Shown here piece by piece: positions 1 through 13,276 of a stretch of DNA of 64,000 nucleotides (positions are counted from its first letter, which is position 1; each line of letters starts with the position of its first letter). The notes below the pieces were generated by a model. That model was given only the letters and a program-made list of their open reading frames with translations. It had not been told where the DNA came from and did no database searches. The translations under genes were made by a program, and so were the position numbers. The stretch is from Octopus bimaculoides (taxonomy: Eukaryota): NCBI RefSeq assembly GCF_001194135.2, contig NC_068982.1:15788595-15852594 (forward strand), given 5' to 3'.

Positions 1-256
1 TATACATATATATTTTATATTTATATATTGTATATATTTATATATATATATATTTTATATTTATATATATACATATATATATATATTTAATATTTATATA
101 TATATTTAATATTTCTATATATATATTTATGTATATACATATATGTATATGTTTATATTTATGTGTGTGTATATATATATATATATATATAAATTTCCTG
201 ATAAGTATGCACATAAATATACTTATGCATATACATGGATACATATCAATGTATTC

Positions 257-291
<35 letters not shown>

Positions 292-420
292 TATATACAC
301 ACATATATACACACATATATACACACATATATACATATATATATATATATCGCTATTTATGTATATTTAAATATATATATACATGCAAGTATGTGTATTT
401 GTGTGTGTGTGTATGGAAGC
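1..420. repeat. (TA)n/(CA)n/(TG)n microsatellite, representative of dozens in the window
   Basis: Direct inspection. Others at 4510-4810, 6620-6820, 8760-8940, 13185-13270, 16460-16555, 45995-46290, 49226-49263, 50740-51400 and 59910-60175. Confidence 0.95.
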
Positions 421-744
421 ATGGACGTATATATAGAATGTATGTGTAGATGTGCACATTTGGCTGTGTGGTTAATAATTTCAATTTGCAACCCTATGAT
501 TTTAGGTTCAGTTCTACTGCATGGTACCTTGAGTAAGTGTCNNNNNNNNNNGTCCAACCCATGCCAGCATGGAAAGCAGACATTAAAAGATGATGATGAC
601 TAATTGAAGCAAATTTGCCTTTAGAAGTTAAAATATGTCACAGACATATTTTAATTAACCTAAAGTTCATTTACTCCTAATTACTGCTTAGCATCGATGC
701 TACGACATGTAATATTCTTCCTAGTAATTATTAGTGTTAATAAG

Positions 745-1135
745 GGACTGGAATGACATCTAGATGCACCCTGGGATTGTGTAGTAGTATCCATAAGATG
801 AGTTGGGTGTAAAAACCAACTCAGATATACTCAGGTAGTTGCAGTAGTTTTAAGTAACTCACAGGTATCTGACAGGTACAAACCTGATTTTAGAATGTTC
901 CAATATGGACAGGAATCAACTGCACTGTATCATCAAGGGTAGTGCTAGTGTATTTCCAAGATGCGTGGCTATAGAAAGCAAAGGGTGTTAGCAACCTGCA
1001 AATTTATGATCTGAATAGCTAATCTTGATAGGAAGCAGAGATGGGGGCCTGCTTATTGGAAGCTGAATGCTGCATTTCCAGTGCAGAAAGCCAACAGAGA
1101 TTAGATTAATGGGCAAATCAAAGTTGACTTGTGGG
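745..1135 (+). mobile_element. Degraded L1/Tx1-clade endonuclease fragment
   Basis: gggcctgcttattggaagctgaatgct = GPAYWKLNA (the G-x-W-K-L-N motif ending L1/Tx1 APE domains), preceded by PIWT..SSR-like residues. Confidence 0.6.
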
Positions 1136-2571
1136 GTTAAATGAAAACAGCATCAATAATTCTTGCTACACATGCTAACTGTTACTCTGCTGCTATTTAT
1201 ATTTAAATATTCCTATTATACAAACAAAACATTATAAATAAAAAGAAAAAAAGAACACAGTAAAACATATAAAACAAAATTTAAATAAAAAAATTTATTG
1301 GAAAATTAAAAAAAAGAAACATGAAAAAAACAGCAAAAAAATATTAACAAAAGTAAAAAAGTTATGTTAATGGTACATTGTAATGGTATTAGACTTATCA
1401 TCTTTTATTACATTATTAAATACAAAAATAAACAAAAAGTGGTAATATTACTTGAACATGTTATTTAGAAAGGGTTAACACTTGCCATCTTAGATTACAT
1501 AAATGCTATTTCATTTCAGGCTATAACATTACAGGACTGTTTTCATAATCACATACACATTTTGCATCAATTTCCATTAAAATTCATATATATATATATA
1601 TATATANNNNNNNNNNNNNNNNNNNNNNNNNNNNNNNNNNNNNNNNNNNNNNNNNNNNNNNNNNNNNNNNNNNNNNNNNNNNNNNNNNNNNNNNNNNNNN
1701 NNNNNNNNNNNNNNNNNNNNNNNNNNNNNNNNNNNNNNNNNNNNNNNNNNNNNNNNNNNNNNNNNNNNNNNNNNNNNNNNNNNNNNNNNNNNNNNNNNNN
1801 NNNNNNNNNNNNNNNNNNNNNNNNNNNNNNNNNNNNNNNNNNNNNNNNNNNNNNNNNNNNNNNNNNNNNNNNNNNNNNNNNNNNNNNNNNNNNNNNNNNN
1901 NNNNNNNNNNNNNNNNNNNNNNNNNNNNNNNNNNNNNNNNNNNNNNNNNNNNNNNNNNNNNNNNNNNNNNNNNNNNNNNNNNNNNNNNNNNNNNNNNNNN
2001 NNNNNNNNNNNNNNNNNNNNNNNNNNNNNNNNNNNNNNNNNNNNNNNNNNNNNNNNNNNNNNNNNNNNNNNNNNNNNNNNNNNNNNNNNNNNNNNNNNNN
2101 NNNNNNNNNNNNNNNNNNNNNNNNNNNNNNNNNNNNNNNNNNNNNNNNNNNNNNNNNNNNNNNNNNNNNNNNNNNNNNNNNNNNNNNNNNNNNNNNNNNN
2201 NNNNNNNNNNNNNNNNNNNNNNNNNNNNNNNNNNNNNNNNNNNNNNNNNNNNNNNNNNNNNNNNNNNNNNNNNNNNNNNNNNNNNNNNNNNNNNNNNNNN
2301 NNNNNNNNNNNNNNNNNNNNNNNNNNNNNNNNNNNNNNNNNNNNNNNNNNNNNNNNNNNNNNNNNNNNNNNNNNNNNNNNNNNNNNNNNNNNNNNNNNNN
2401 NNNNNNNNNNNNNNNNNNNNNNNNNNNNNNNNNNNNNNNNNNNNNNNNNNNNNNNNNNNNNNNNNNNNNNNNNNNNNNNNNNNNNNNNNNNNNNNNNNNN
2501 NNNNNNNNNNNNNNNNNNNNNNNNNNNNNNNNNNNNNNNNNNNNNNNNNNNNNNNNNNNNNNNNNNNNNNN

Positions 2572-3125
2572 TCTACAGCTGGATGCCCTTCCTAACGCCA
2601 ACCACTCAAAGAGTGTAGTGGGTGCTTTTATGTGCCACTCTGGTGGTACTGGCAACGGCCATGCTCAAATGGTGTTTTTTACATGCCACCTGCACTCCTG
2701 GCAATGACCTCACTCGAATGTTGTCTTTCACGTGCCACCGGCATAAGTGCCAGTGAGGCAACACTGGTAACGATCACCCTCGAATGGTGCCTTTTACATG
2801 CCACCAGCACAGGAGCCAATCAGCAGCCCTGGCAACGTTCACACTTAGATGGTGCTCTTAATATTCTACTAGCACGAATGCCACTCAGGCTATGCTGTCA
2901 TCGTCCACGTCAGCGAATTTGATTTTGATTTCACTTGTCTCAACAGGTCTTTGCAAGCAGAGTTTAGTGTCCAATGAAAGGAAGGTATGCACAAGTGGAC
3001 TGGTTACACCACTGGCATAGGCCACAAGTTATGGTCTCACTTGGCTTGCCGGTTCTTCTTAAGGACAGCATATTTCCAAAGGTCTCAGTCACTTGTCATT
3101 GCCTCGGTTAGGCCTAATGTTCAAA
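2572..3125 (-). mobile_element. Long family C copy with ~5 internal units and LINE-like upstream part
   Basis: Same cores and 5' extension as 58010-58570. Confidence 0.75.
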
Positions 3126-3655
3126 GGTCGATATATATATGTAGAGACAGAATCTCTAGCTGGGGACTAGAGTAGAGAGGCTGTCCTCTCAACCAATATC
3201 TTGCTGTGGGTGCCACTGGATGATAGACACAGGTGATGATGTTATTCCATGCTTTCTGATCCATAGTGCTGGCTTTGGTATGCTCGAGGTCAAGGTGCTG
3301 TGACTTTGGGCCTTGCTCAATTTGTCCCACCCATGTTATCTTTGGTGCGCTGCACTGAATTGCCTGAGCATGGGTCATTGCTGTCACAAAAGTTGGTGTG
3401 GGTAGTCTTCTGATGCTCACCCTGCAGACGTTGCCATCAATAAAATTCTACTAAAACAGCTGTTTTAAATTTTGAACCCTATTTATGTTCTCGTTTTATA
3501 TCTATACCATACCCAGAAACCGTCGCTGAGACAAATCTACAGCGTAAGTTACATTTGGTACTTACGTACCTGTAGTATCCTTACCAACACCTGATACTTT
3601 CATGGTTGTCTTACCTCACTGTGCACCAAATATATGATGTATATGTGTGTGTGTA

Positions 3656-3687
<32 letters not shown>

Positions 3688-4508
3688 GTTTTAGGGAAAA
3701 TAACCTGTAATTTTGGATTTTGTCCCTAATATATATATATCATCATCATCATGTTCGTTTAATGTCTGCTTTCCATGCTGGTATGGGTTGAATGGTTTGA
3801 CTGAGATCTGACAAGCCGGGAGGCTGCACCAGGCTCCAGTCTGATTTGGCAAGGTTTCTACAGCTGGATGCCCTTCCTAATGCCAGCCTGAGCATGTAGT
3901 AGGTGCTTTTACATGCCACCAGTATGAAAGCCAGTCAGGCGGCACTGGCATAGGCCATGTTCAAATGGTGCTTAGATCTACACAAACATTTAATCACAGT
4001 AAACATCTGTGTGGTTGTTTGGTAAGGAATTGTTGAACCCTCATACGTTGTCTAATGACGGGAGAGTCCATCACACACACACACACACACACATATATAT
4101 ACCTGGGACGTGCTGCCTAGGTAGGCAAAGTAGGCACTGCCTACCTTGAATAAAATAGATCAATAGCAACATTTTCCTCTCATGGCCAAATATGCACCTA
4201 ATTCAGTGATATTATGAAGGTTACTCTGATTACTATGCATAAAATGCAAAATATTTTATGATTTTTGTAGATTAGGTAGGCATCATTCGCCCCTGCCTTT
4301 CTATCTCAGTAATTAAGCTATGCATAGTAATGCTGCAGTACACGTGCTGCGTATGCTCCAACAACACTGTTTTCTTTATGTGGTATAAAGGCAGATGTAA
4401 ATCAGCTTTCACTACAGTTGCGCACCTGTGATTCACTTATTGTTTAATGTGTTTTATTACATGAAGTTCACCAACAGCCGACCCTGAATAATTACTGACG
4501 GCACATGC

Positions 4509-4565
<57 letters not shown>

Positions 4566-4752
4566 ATGTATATATATATATGTGTATTTATGCATATATA
4601 TATATATATATGTATGNNNNNNNNNNNNNNNNNNNNNNNNNNNNNNNNNNNNNNNNNNNNNNNNNNNNNNNNNNNNNNNNNNNNNNNNNNNNNNNNNNNN
4701 NNNNNNNNNNNNNNNNNNNNNNNNNNNNNNNNNNNNNNNNNNNNNNNNNNNN

Positions 4753-4815
<63 letters not shown>

Positions 4816-5734
4816 ATATATCTCGGTGTGTATGTGCCTTTGTGTTTGTGCTTGTCTCCTATCATCACTTGTCAACCGGTGTAGGTGTGTTTGTATCCTT
4901 GTAACTTAGCAGTTCAGCAAAAGAGACCTATATATAAATAAGTACTAAGCTTTAAAAAAAAAGAGAACAAGTCCTGCAGTCGATTTGTTCAGCTAAAACC
5001 TTTCTAGTCGGTGCCCCAGCATTGCCACAGTCAAATGCCAAACAAGTATAAGATAAAAAAATTATATATATGTGTGTGTGTTTGTGTGTGTATGTGTATG
5101 TGTGTGTGTGTGTGTGTGTGTGTATACATATGATGCCAATTCCCCACCCTGTGCCAGTTCAACCGTTCAAAAAATATTAGAAGTAATTGTAATTTCTTCA
5201 TCTTAGAGAACCATCCACCTGTGGAATTCTCGTATTCTTTCATTTATTATAATATTTTTTTGTTTTCTTTTTTGCTCTATAGAGAAAAGAAATGTTATTT
5301 CATGTACAATTTTCAAAACCTGCCATGTATGGCACCCATACAGATATGTCAATGAAGGATGCTTCCTGGATTTACGACTGCGAACAAAAACTATACAATT
5401 TTTGTGTTGAGTAAAAAGGGGGGAAAAAAAGGTGCGGGGGGGGGGAGATTTTAATGTTTCAAAAGAGCATTTCTTATTTTAGCAGGGTGTTATTGATTTC
5501 TTTTAATTAGGCTGAGTTAAAATTAATGTAAAGTGCAACCTTTAAAGTTCTGAATATCAGACCTTGATATGGTAACAGTTTGTTCTTGGAGAAAAAAAAT
5601 ACAAAAATAGCTTGCATTAGTGAATGACTCATGAGTTCTATATTTAGCTGATCCTTTATATTAAGACATGGAGGGAGGAACGGTGCTGCTTTTCCTTTCC
5701 TTGAATAAAGTGATATCTTTCTTTTCTTTTTTTT

Positions 5735-6118
5735 TTTCTTGTTTCAGTCATTTGACTACGGCCATGCTGGGGCACTGCCATGAAGAATTCTTTAGATTGA
5801 TCCCAGTACTTATTTTTTTTAAAAAAAGGTACTGATATTTGTTCTATCAAGTTCTTTTATCAAACAGTTAAGTTACAAGAATTAAACACACCGACACCTA
5901 GTTGTTAATTACTGGTGAGTGACAAACACACGCACACAAACATATATATAAATATATCATGGGCTTCTTTCAGTTTCTGTCTACCAAATCCACTCACAAA
6001 GCCTTGGTCGGCCCAAGACTATAGTAGAAGATACTTGCCCAAGGTGCCACGCAGCGGGACTGAACCTAGAACCATGTGGTTGGGAAGCAAGCTTCTTACC
6101 ACACAGCCATGCCTGTGC
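5735..6118 (-). mobile_element. SINE family A copy
   Basis: Reverse complement matches 63506-63903 from head to tail. Confidence 0.85.
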
Positions 6119-6123
6119 CTCTA

Positions 6124-6154
<31 letters not shown>

Positions 6155-6388
6155 NNNNNNNNNNNNNNNNNNNNNNNNNNNNNNNNNNNNNNNNNNNNNN
6201 NNNNNNNNNNNNNNNNNNNNNNNNNNNNNNNNNNNNNNNNNNNNNNNNNNNNNNNNNNNNNNNNNNNNNNNNNNNNNNNNNNNNNNNNNNNNNNNNNNNN
6301 NNNNNNNNNNNNNNNNNNNNNNNNNNNNNNNNNNNNNNNNNNNNNNNNNNNNNNNNNNNNNNNNNNNNNNNNNNNNNNNNNNNNNNNN

Positions 6389-6564
6389 GAAAAAAACTCA
6401 TCTTTTTTTCCCATAAATATATATAATTTATATAAGGGCATTAACTATATAGTAATGCCTCACACTTAGAGGGACTAGTCCCTCTAAGCGTGAGGCATTA
6501 CTATATAGTTAATGCCCTTATATAAATTATATATATTTATGGGAAAAAAAGATGAGTTTTTTTC
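6389..6564. repeat. 176-bp spacerless palindrome
   Basis: Centre gggact|agtccc at 6476/6477; 88-bp arms with one mismatch; left arm ends at an N gap. Confidence 0.95.
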
Positions 6565-6660
6565 CTTATGGGTTTTTTTTCACGCTGACTACTTGATAAA
6601 TTCTTATAAAGATTTTATCCTATATTATATATGTATGTATATATATATATGTATGTATGC

Positions 6661-6722
<62 letters not shown>

Positions 6723-6755
6723 ATATATACATATATATACACATGCATACATATA

Positions 6756-6794
<39 letters not shown>

Positions 6795-8904
6795 GCATAC
6801 ATACACACACACACACACACATGGCAGTCTTCATTCAGTTTCCATCTACCAAATCCCCTCACAAGGCTTTGTTTGGCTTAAGGCTATAGTAGAAGGCTTT
6901 TGCCCAAGGTGCCATACAGTGAGACTGAACCTGGAACCATGTGGTTGGGAAGCAAGCTTCTTACCATACAGCCACGCCTGCACCTAATATCTTACATTTT
7001 AGTGACATTAGACATCATCAGACTACCGAGACCCCTACTAGGGAATATGTTGAAGGTCCCTTAAGACAAGGAAAAGGAGTAAATGTCTGCCTTAAACAAC
7101 TGATGTTAGCATTGGGCGAAGTATTTGATTGAAACAACGCCAGGGAATAAGGATTTGTATCACCTGAGTGGAGACTACATTATAGATTGGTGGCAGGCTG
7201 GTGACGGAGATGATTGTCAGAATGGGTTAGTGATGATGTGTAGAGTGCGTAGAACGGAGTGGAGAAAGAACAAGGGAATGAGGATGAGTGATGAGTAGAA
7301 GAGACTTGGAAAAAAAAAAAAAAAAAAAAAAAAAAAANNNNNNNNNNNNNNNNNNNNNNNNNNNNNNNNNNNNNNNNNNAAAAAAAAAAAAAAAAAAAAA
7401 TGATGGTATTATTGATTTTCCTGTTAGTCTAGTCAGCATGAGAGAATCTTAATTCTCTGAGAGTTGCTATTGAGAAGGTACAAATACATTTTTAAATTTG
7501 AATTCTCGAAATAATTGACTAACATTTGGTGCAATTTCTTTCTGCTTCAATCGTTATTTTCCTGGTATTACTACTTTCTCTTTCAATGACATATTGTAGC
7601 AACTTAATGCTTTCATAGTGAAATACAGATATTATTGATACAATAGTTTTGCTGTTGCTTGTTGTTACTTGTTGGTTCTGGTTCACGTAAGCTGTTTATA
7701 GCAGATTACATGTCTAATCTCTATTTGCTACATGCGAGCATTGCTATAATGAATTTATATCCGAGGATCTTTAATGCAACCTGGTGATTCAATATCTTAG
7801 AACTTGGCGAGCGATAAGATCAGTGCCTGCCCCATGTGAGTTTCATCTGTTGAATTAATAACCTTCCATTTCTCCCTGCAAAAAAAAATATCCCAGAATA
7901 TTGATGAATATAACTAAGTGAAACTGTCTATTATATAATTCTGCTATGATGGTATTCCCACCTACTGCTGCACTGCTAAAAATACCATCTATTCTTCTTT
8001 CACCTTCATTATTATCATAACCTTCAATAACATCTCTCACTAAAATCCCTTCACTTACTCTCTCGTTCTCACTTTCTCTCCTTCCTTTCTTTCTCACTTC
8101 TCTCTCTCTCTCTCTCTCTCAGAATTCCTAATTATGAGTAGCTGCAATTGATTGATCATTCCTTGTGTGCTGGAACTTCAAAAAAGTCATATCATTTACT
8201 TTATTGCATCTAGCTTTTCTTTTTCTTTTCACTATGCAACTAATACAAGATGCTGGTATTTCAAATAAAAATAAAAGGGAAAGAAAAAAGGCTTGTTGCT
8301 TTAGATTTGAGGTAAAAAAAAAAAGTAAATAAATGCACTACTAACAACATACATAGTCTAATAATTAATTTTTGAAGTAAACAAATTTGAAATAAAACAA
8401 CAATAATAATAACAACACCAAAAAGAAAAGCAAAATATATTTTTGCCTGTGGACTTATGGAAAGGCAGGAATCCTTTAATTTTCCTGGAACAAGCTTGGA
8501 GAAATATCTTCATTTACAACGTGACTCTGATATCCCCTCTGGCAGTAAATGGTCGTTAATAACTCCAGGAACGGAATGCTTTATAGAAATGACTAATAAG
8601 AGCTTGATTGTATCTCTCTGTCTCTACCTCTATCTGTCTGTCTGTCTGTCTTTTTTATTTTTTTGCTTTGTTCAGTCGTTCATTTGTGTCCTATATTCTG
8701 TACACTATCTTTTCTTTATTTTGTTCTTCAGTCATATGTGACTTAAATGCGCATAATCCATTATTATTATTATTATTATTATTATTCTCCTCCTCCTCCA
8801 CAATCTCATCATCACCACCACGACAGCTGCCGCCACCACCAATACCACCACTATCATCATAATCGTCATCACTATTATTACAATTATTACAATTATTATT
8901 ATTA

Positions 8905-8942
<38 letters not shown>

Positions 8943-9698
8943 GTCCATATATAATCAATAGATGCATAAACATCGTTCCATATGCAACAACAATAACGGA
9001 ATTACTTCCAAAATACCATTCTTCCTTTGGTCCTGTAGAATAGTGACTGATATAAATTTCAACAATACTTTAAGAAAAAGCAAAAAATCAAAATCAAAAA
9101 AAGAAATATATATCCAAAAAAAAAAAAATAATAAATATATAGCTATCGATTATTTGTTTTCNNNNNNNNNNNNNNNNNNNNNNNNNNNNNNNNNNNNNNN
9201 NNNNNNNNNNNNNNNNNNNNNNNNNNGATATAAATTTCAACAATACTTTAAGAAAAAGCAAAAAATCAAAATCAAAAAAAGAAATATATATCCAAAAAAA
9301 AAAAAATAATAAATATATAGCTATCGATTATTTGTTTTCATTCCTGCTATTTACATTTCTCGTATTTCTTGCAGTCTGTTTTCTTCTTACCCATTGAAGA
9401 AATCTGGGAGGGAGTTCTAAGATGCTTCTACACACCGTACACACTTGCATGGCATTCTTACTTTTAAACGAAGGTTTATCAATGTAGTTTCACCTATGCT
9501 TGCAAATATATACACAACACATGATCATGCATGTATATATACTGTGTGTATGTGTATGCATGGTTGTGTGGTAAGAAGTAAGCTTCCCAGACATATGGTT
9601 CTGGGTTCAGTCCCACTGCGTGGCACTTTCAGCAAGTATCATTTAAAACAGCCTCAGGCTGACCAAACCTTTGTATAGATGGAATCGGAAAGAAGCTC

Positions 9699-9732
<34 letters not shown>

Positions 9733-9735
<3 letters not shown>

Positions 9736-10500
9736 GATGTGGTGAATAAACTGTCGTCTAAATTATGCAAAAATGAAAATTGCACTGACATCTCATTTCA
9801 ACAGATATATTTACCAAAATCACATAAAAATATCTTGAAATACTAAAGAGTAAATTTATTCAATAAAATCACCATTGGCTTCAACCACGGCTGCCAGATG
9901 GCTTCAGAATCTCCTGCAACTCTTCTGGCTGGTCTCCTTGTTTAAGTTAGTGAATGCTGCCATAATCCTTGCTTTCGGTTCATCTTTGGTATTACAAGAA
10001 GTTTTGTTGGTCTTTCGCTCAATGCACTCCACACATAATAACAGAAGGGGTTGCATTCTGGGGAGTTAGGTGGCCAGATGTTAGGGGTGGTGTGGTCACA
10101 AAAATTGTCTGACAGCCATGATTGGATTCTTTTGCCAGACATAGGGTCTTCTAGCAGCCACCCTCTTGACCCAGGGCAGCACTACCTCCTCCAGGCACTT
10201 GATATAGTCCTGCATGTTGAGCCTGAAGCCATGTAGGAAGATGAATGGAGGCATAACGTCACAAGCATTAGCGATCACTCCAAACACCATGATGTTGACT
10301 GGATGTTTGATCTTTATCACTCTCAGTACATGTCTTCTGATTGCACTGTCTTCTTCAGACTGACATCCAAGCTCTCTGAAATGTTCGTTTTGGAGCACCT
10401 GGTGTGAATGCCAAGCAGTACAGCATATTGCTTCCAAACTTCTGGCAGAGTGAATTGTGTCATGGTGTTGTTTTTCTCAGACAGTGCCCAACTGACCCTA
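9733..10500 (-). mobile_element. Truncated Tc1/mariner-superfamily element (maT/DD37D-like)
   Basis: One terminus ta|caggatgtggtgaataaa. Peptides KHPVNIMVFGVI, YIKCLEEVVLPWV, RPYVWQ, WPPNSPECNPFCYYVW. Confidence 0.8.
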
Positions 10501-10689
10501 CTATACTGTGAAGTGTATGTATGTATAGAAATGTATGAATGAAGTCTTTAAAGTTTACGATTCAAATTAAGGAAGTGCAATAATAATGTTTAGCAGTTAA
10601 AAACTGTGAGTAGTGAAATGCAGAATTAGGTTGGCTCATCGTGAGAATCAAATATTGATCGTTTCGCTAAAAACTGCAGGTGGTATGGG

Positions 10690-10837
10690 TTATTTCCCTT
10701 GGGTTATTTAAATAGAATATTAGTAATATGTAGTAGATCCATTGGAAAAAATAGTTCCAACTCATGAGTCAAACCACTCACCAGATTATTTGGTTGGTGA
10801 TTGTGCTGCGCGCGCGCACGCACTATTATACGTGTTC
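10690..10837 (+). promoter_or_regulatory. Candidate promoter-proximal region
   Basis: Non-repetitive, with a local CpG run tgcgcgcgcgcacgcac (~10807-10823) and an AP-1-like TGAGTCA, beside the gap before the candidate first exon. Confidence 0.25.
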
Positions 10838-11235
10838 NNNNNNNNNNNNNNNNNNNNNNNNNNNNNNNNNNNNNNNNNNNNNNNNNNNNNNNNNNNNNNN
10901 NNNNNNNNNNNNNNNNNNNNNNNNNNNNNNNNNNNNNNNNNNNNNNNNNNNNNNNNNNNNNNNNNNNNNNNNNNNNNNNNNNNNNNNNNNNNNNNNNNNN
11001 NNNNNNNNNNNNNNNNNNNNNNNNNNNNNNNNNNNNNNNNNNNNNNNNNNNNNNNNNNNNNNNNNNNNNNNNNNNNNNNNNNNNNNNNNNNNNNNNNNNN
11101 NNNNNNNNNNNNNNNNNNNNNNNNNNNNNNNNNNNNNNNNNNNNNNNNNNNNNNNNNNNNNNNNNNNNNNNNNNNNNNNNNNNNNNNNNNNNNNNNNNNN
11201 NNNNNNNNNNNNNNNNNNNNNNNNNNNNNNNNNTA

Positions 11236-11248
11236 ATGCAATCTACAG
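11236..11248 (+). CDS. Candidate upstream exon end (MQST-G|gtaata)
   Basis: Just after an N gap. The phase-1 donor matches the phase-1 acceptor at 16583, giving MQST-D-NKIEALKTMAAVK. A phase match occurs 1 time in 3 by chance. Confidence 0.3.
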
Positions 11249-11992
11249 GTAATAAACATTGGTAACAGACTGAAACTTCATATTCAATTTATGTTTTACA
11301 GGTGTTTGGTTTGGGCCAAGATAAACATTTCTAAACATTTGGTTATAATGATGTAGAATATTTGGTTAGTAATATGATCCTTGAAAACATCACTAACTAA
11401 AGCCATTGAAAGTAAACTGCTCTCCCTATGACTGCTACGTCTGCTGAATAACATGCTTTCTATTTTAGGTATTTGTCTTCAATAAACCAGTGTAGTTTTT
11501 TTGCGTATATACATATACACACACATATAGCTAAATACACACACACACACATACATCTATGTATGTGTGTGTTTATGAAGTATTTATGTTTATATACATA
11601 CAGATATATATATACGACAGGCTTCTTTCAATTTCCATCTACAAAATCCACTCACAAGGCTTTGGTCAGCTGAAGGTGCCATGCAGTGAAACTGTATCTG
11701 GGACCATGTTATTGGGAAGCAAGTTTCTTACCACACAGACATATATAAATGTGTGTGTGTGCTTAAATATACACATACATACACACACACACACATTTGT
11801 ATATAGGATCATGTGTGTGTATGTAAGAACGTGTAAGAGTTATTTGTATTAGAAGTCTACTTGTTATTTTTCTCTGCATTCACATATTCACTCTCAGCAT
11901 GATTGAAAAGCAAAGGAAACAGACAAACAACAAAGTGGAAAAGTCATGCGTACATGTATGTGTGTGTGTGTATACATAAACAAGAATATATC

Positions 11993-12031
<39 letters not shown>

Positions 12032-12689
12032 AAATATATATAGAAAGGAAATGTTATGTTCGTACAGAAAAGAGCACTCAACACATTTAATAGAGTATAA
12101 TATATCTAAGTGTGTGTGTTGATGTATATGGATATATATATATATATATAATATCTTACTATATAAATATGGGTAAGGTGATGCAAACAGGAAAATAAAA
12201 ACGCAAAATATGAGTATATATATTTTATTCTTTTACACGTTTCAATCATTTGACTGTGGCCATGCTGGAGCACTGCCTTTTGTCGAAGAAATCAACCCTA
12301 GGACTTATTATTTGTAAGCCTAGTACTTATTCCATCCATCCCTTCTGCTGAACTGTTAGTGTTTCAGGGATATAAACACACCAGCATCAGTTGTCAAGAC
12401 ACACACAGACAAACATATAAATATATAAACATATATATATATATAACAAAGTAACGATAAACTTCTTGCAGTTTCTGTTTACCAAATCCACTCAAGGCTA
12501 TAGTAGAAGACACTTTCCCAAGGTGCCACACAGTGGAACTGAACTTGGAACCAGGTGGTTGGGAAGCAAGCTTCTTACCACACAGCCACACATATATATA
12601 CATTTATTTATATTTAGCTAAAGCGACAGTGTGACTCAAGTGCTGAGAGTTTTCTGCATTCGTATTTATCAAGATATATATATATGTGT

Positions 12690-13085
12690 GCCATGGCCAC
12701 CTGACTGGCTCCCGTGCTGGTGCCATGTAAAATATACCATCCAAACATGGTTGATGCCAGTGTCCCCTGACTGACTCGTGTGCCAGTGGCATGTAAAAAG
12801 CACCATTCGAGTGTGGTCATTGCCAGTGTCACCTGACTGGCTCCTGTGCTGGTAGCGTGTAAAAAGCACTATCCGAATGTGATCGATGCCAGGCCCGCCT
12901 GAGTGGCTCCTGCGCCGGTGGCACATAAGAAGCACCTACTACACTCTTGGGTTGGTGTTAGGAAGGGCATCAAGCTGTAGAAACATTGTCAGATCAGATT
13001 GGAGCCTTGTGCAGCTGCTGGCTGTCCAGACCTCAGTCAAACCGTCCGACCCATGCCAGCATGGAAAATGGACGTTAAACGACGA
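12690..13085 (+). mobile_element. Family C copy with four ~66-bp internal tandem units
   Basis: Core gc(a/g)tgtaaaaagcacc at 12722, 12789, 12855 and 12921, then the family C 3' module. Confidence 0.85.
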
Positions 13086-13227
13086 TGCTGCTGCAGATGG
13101 GAGCCTGGTGTTGCCATCCGGTTTCACCAGTCCTCAGTCAAGTCGTCCAACCCATGCTAGCATGGAAAGCAGACGTTAAACGATGATGATGATGATATAT
13201 ATATATATATATATATANNNNNNNNNN

Positions 13228-13276
<49 letters not shown>

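Noticed and set aside
1562-2707. Long ORFs crossing N runs (also 10742-11265, 25889-26758, 45095-46207, 49666-50676, 62083-62595)
   Set aside because: Length comes from X codons in assembly gaps.
6990-7400. Retrocopy ending in poly(A)
   Set aside because: No continuous frame, AATAAA or TSD, and the A tract is broken by a gap. A faint similarity to the 46801-47267 peptide is too weak to report.
7687-7877. Minus-strand terminal exon (EKWKVINSTDETHMGQALILSLAKF*) and a possible partner at ~9391-9470 (MQVCTVCRSILELPPRFLQW)
   Set aside because: Good splice-like sites, but the phases do not match, no family is recognisable and there is no polyadenylation signal.
9048-9339. ~114-bp direct repeat on both sides of a gap (likewise 29655-29765)
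   Set aside because: Identical sequence either side of Ns is the typical overlap of unmerged contig ends.
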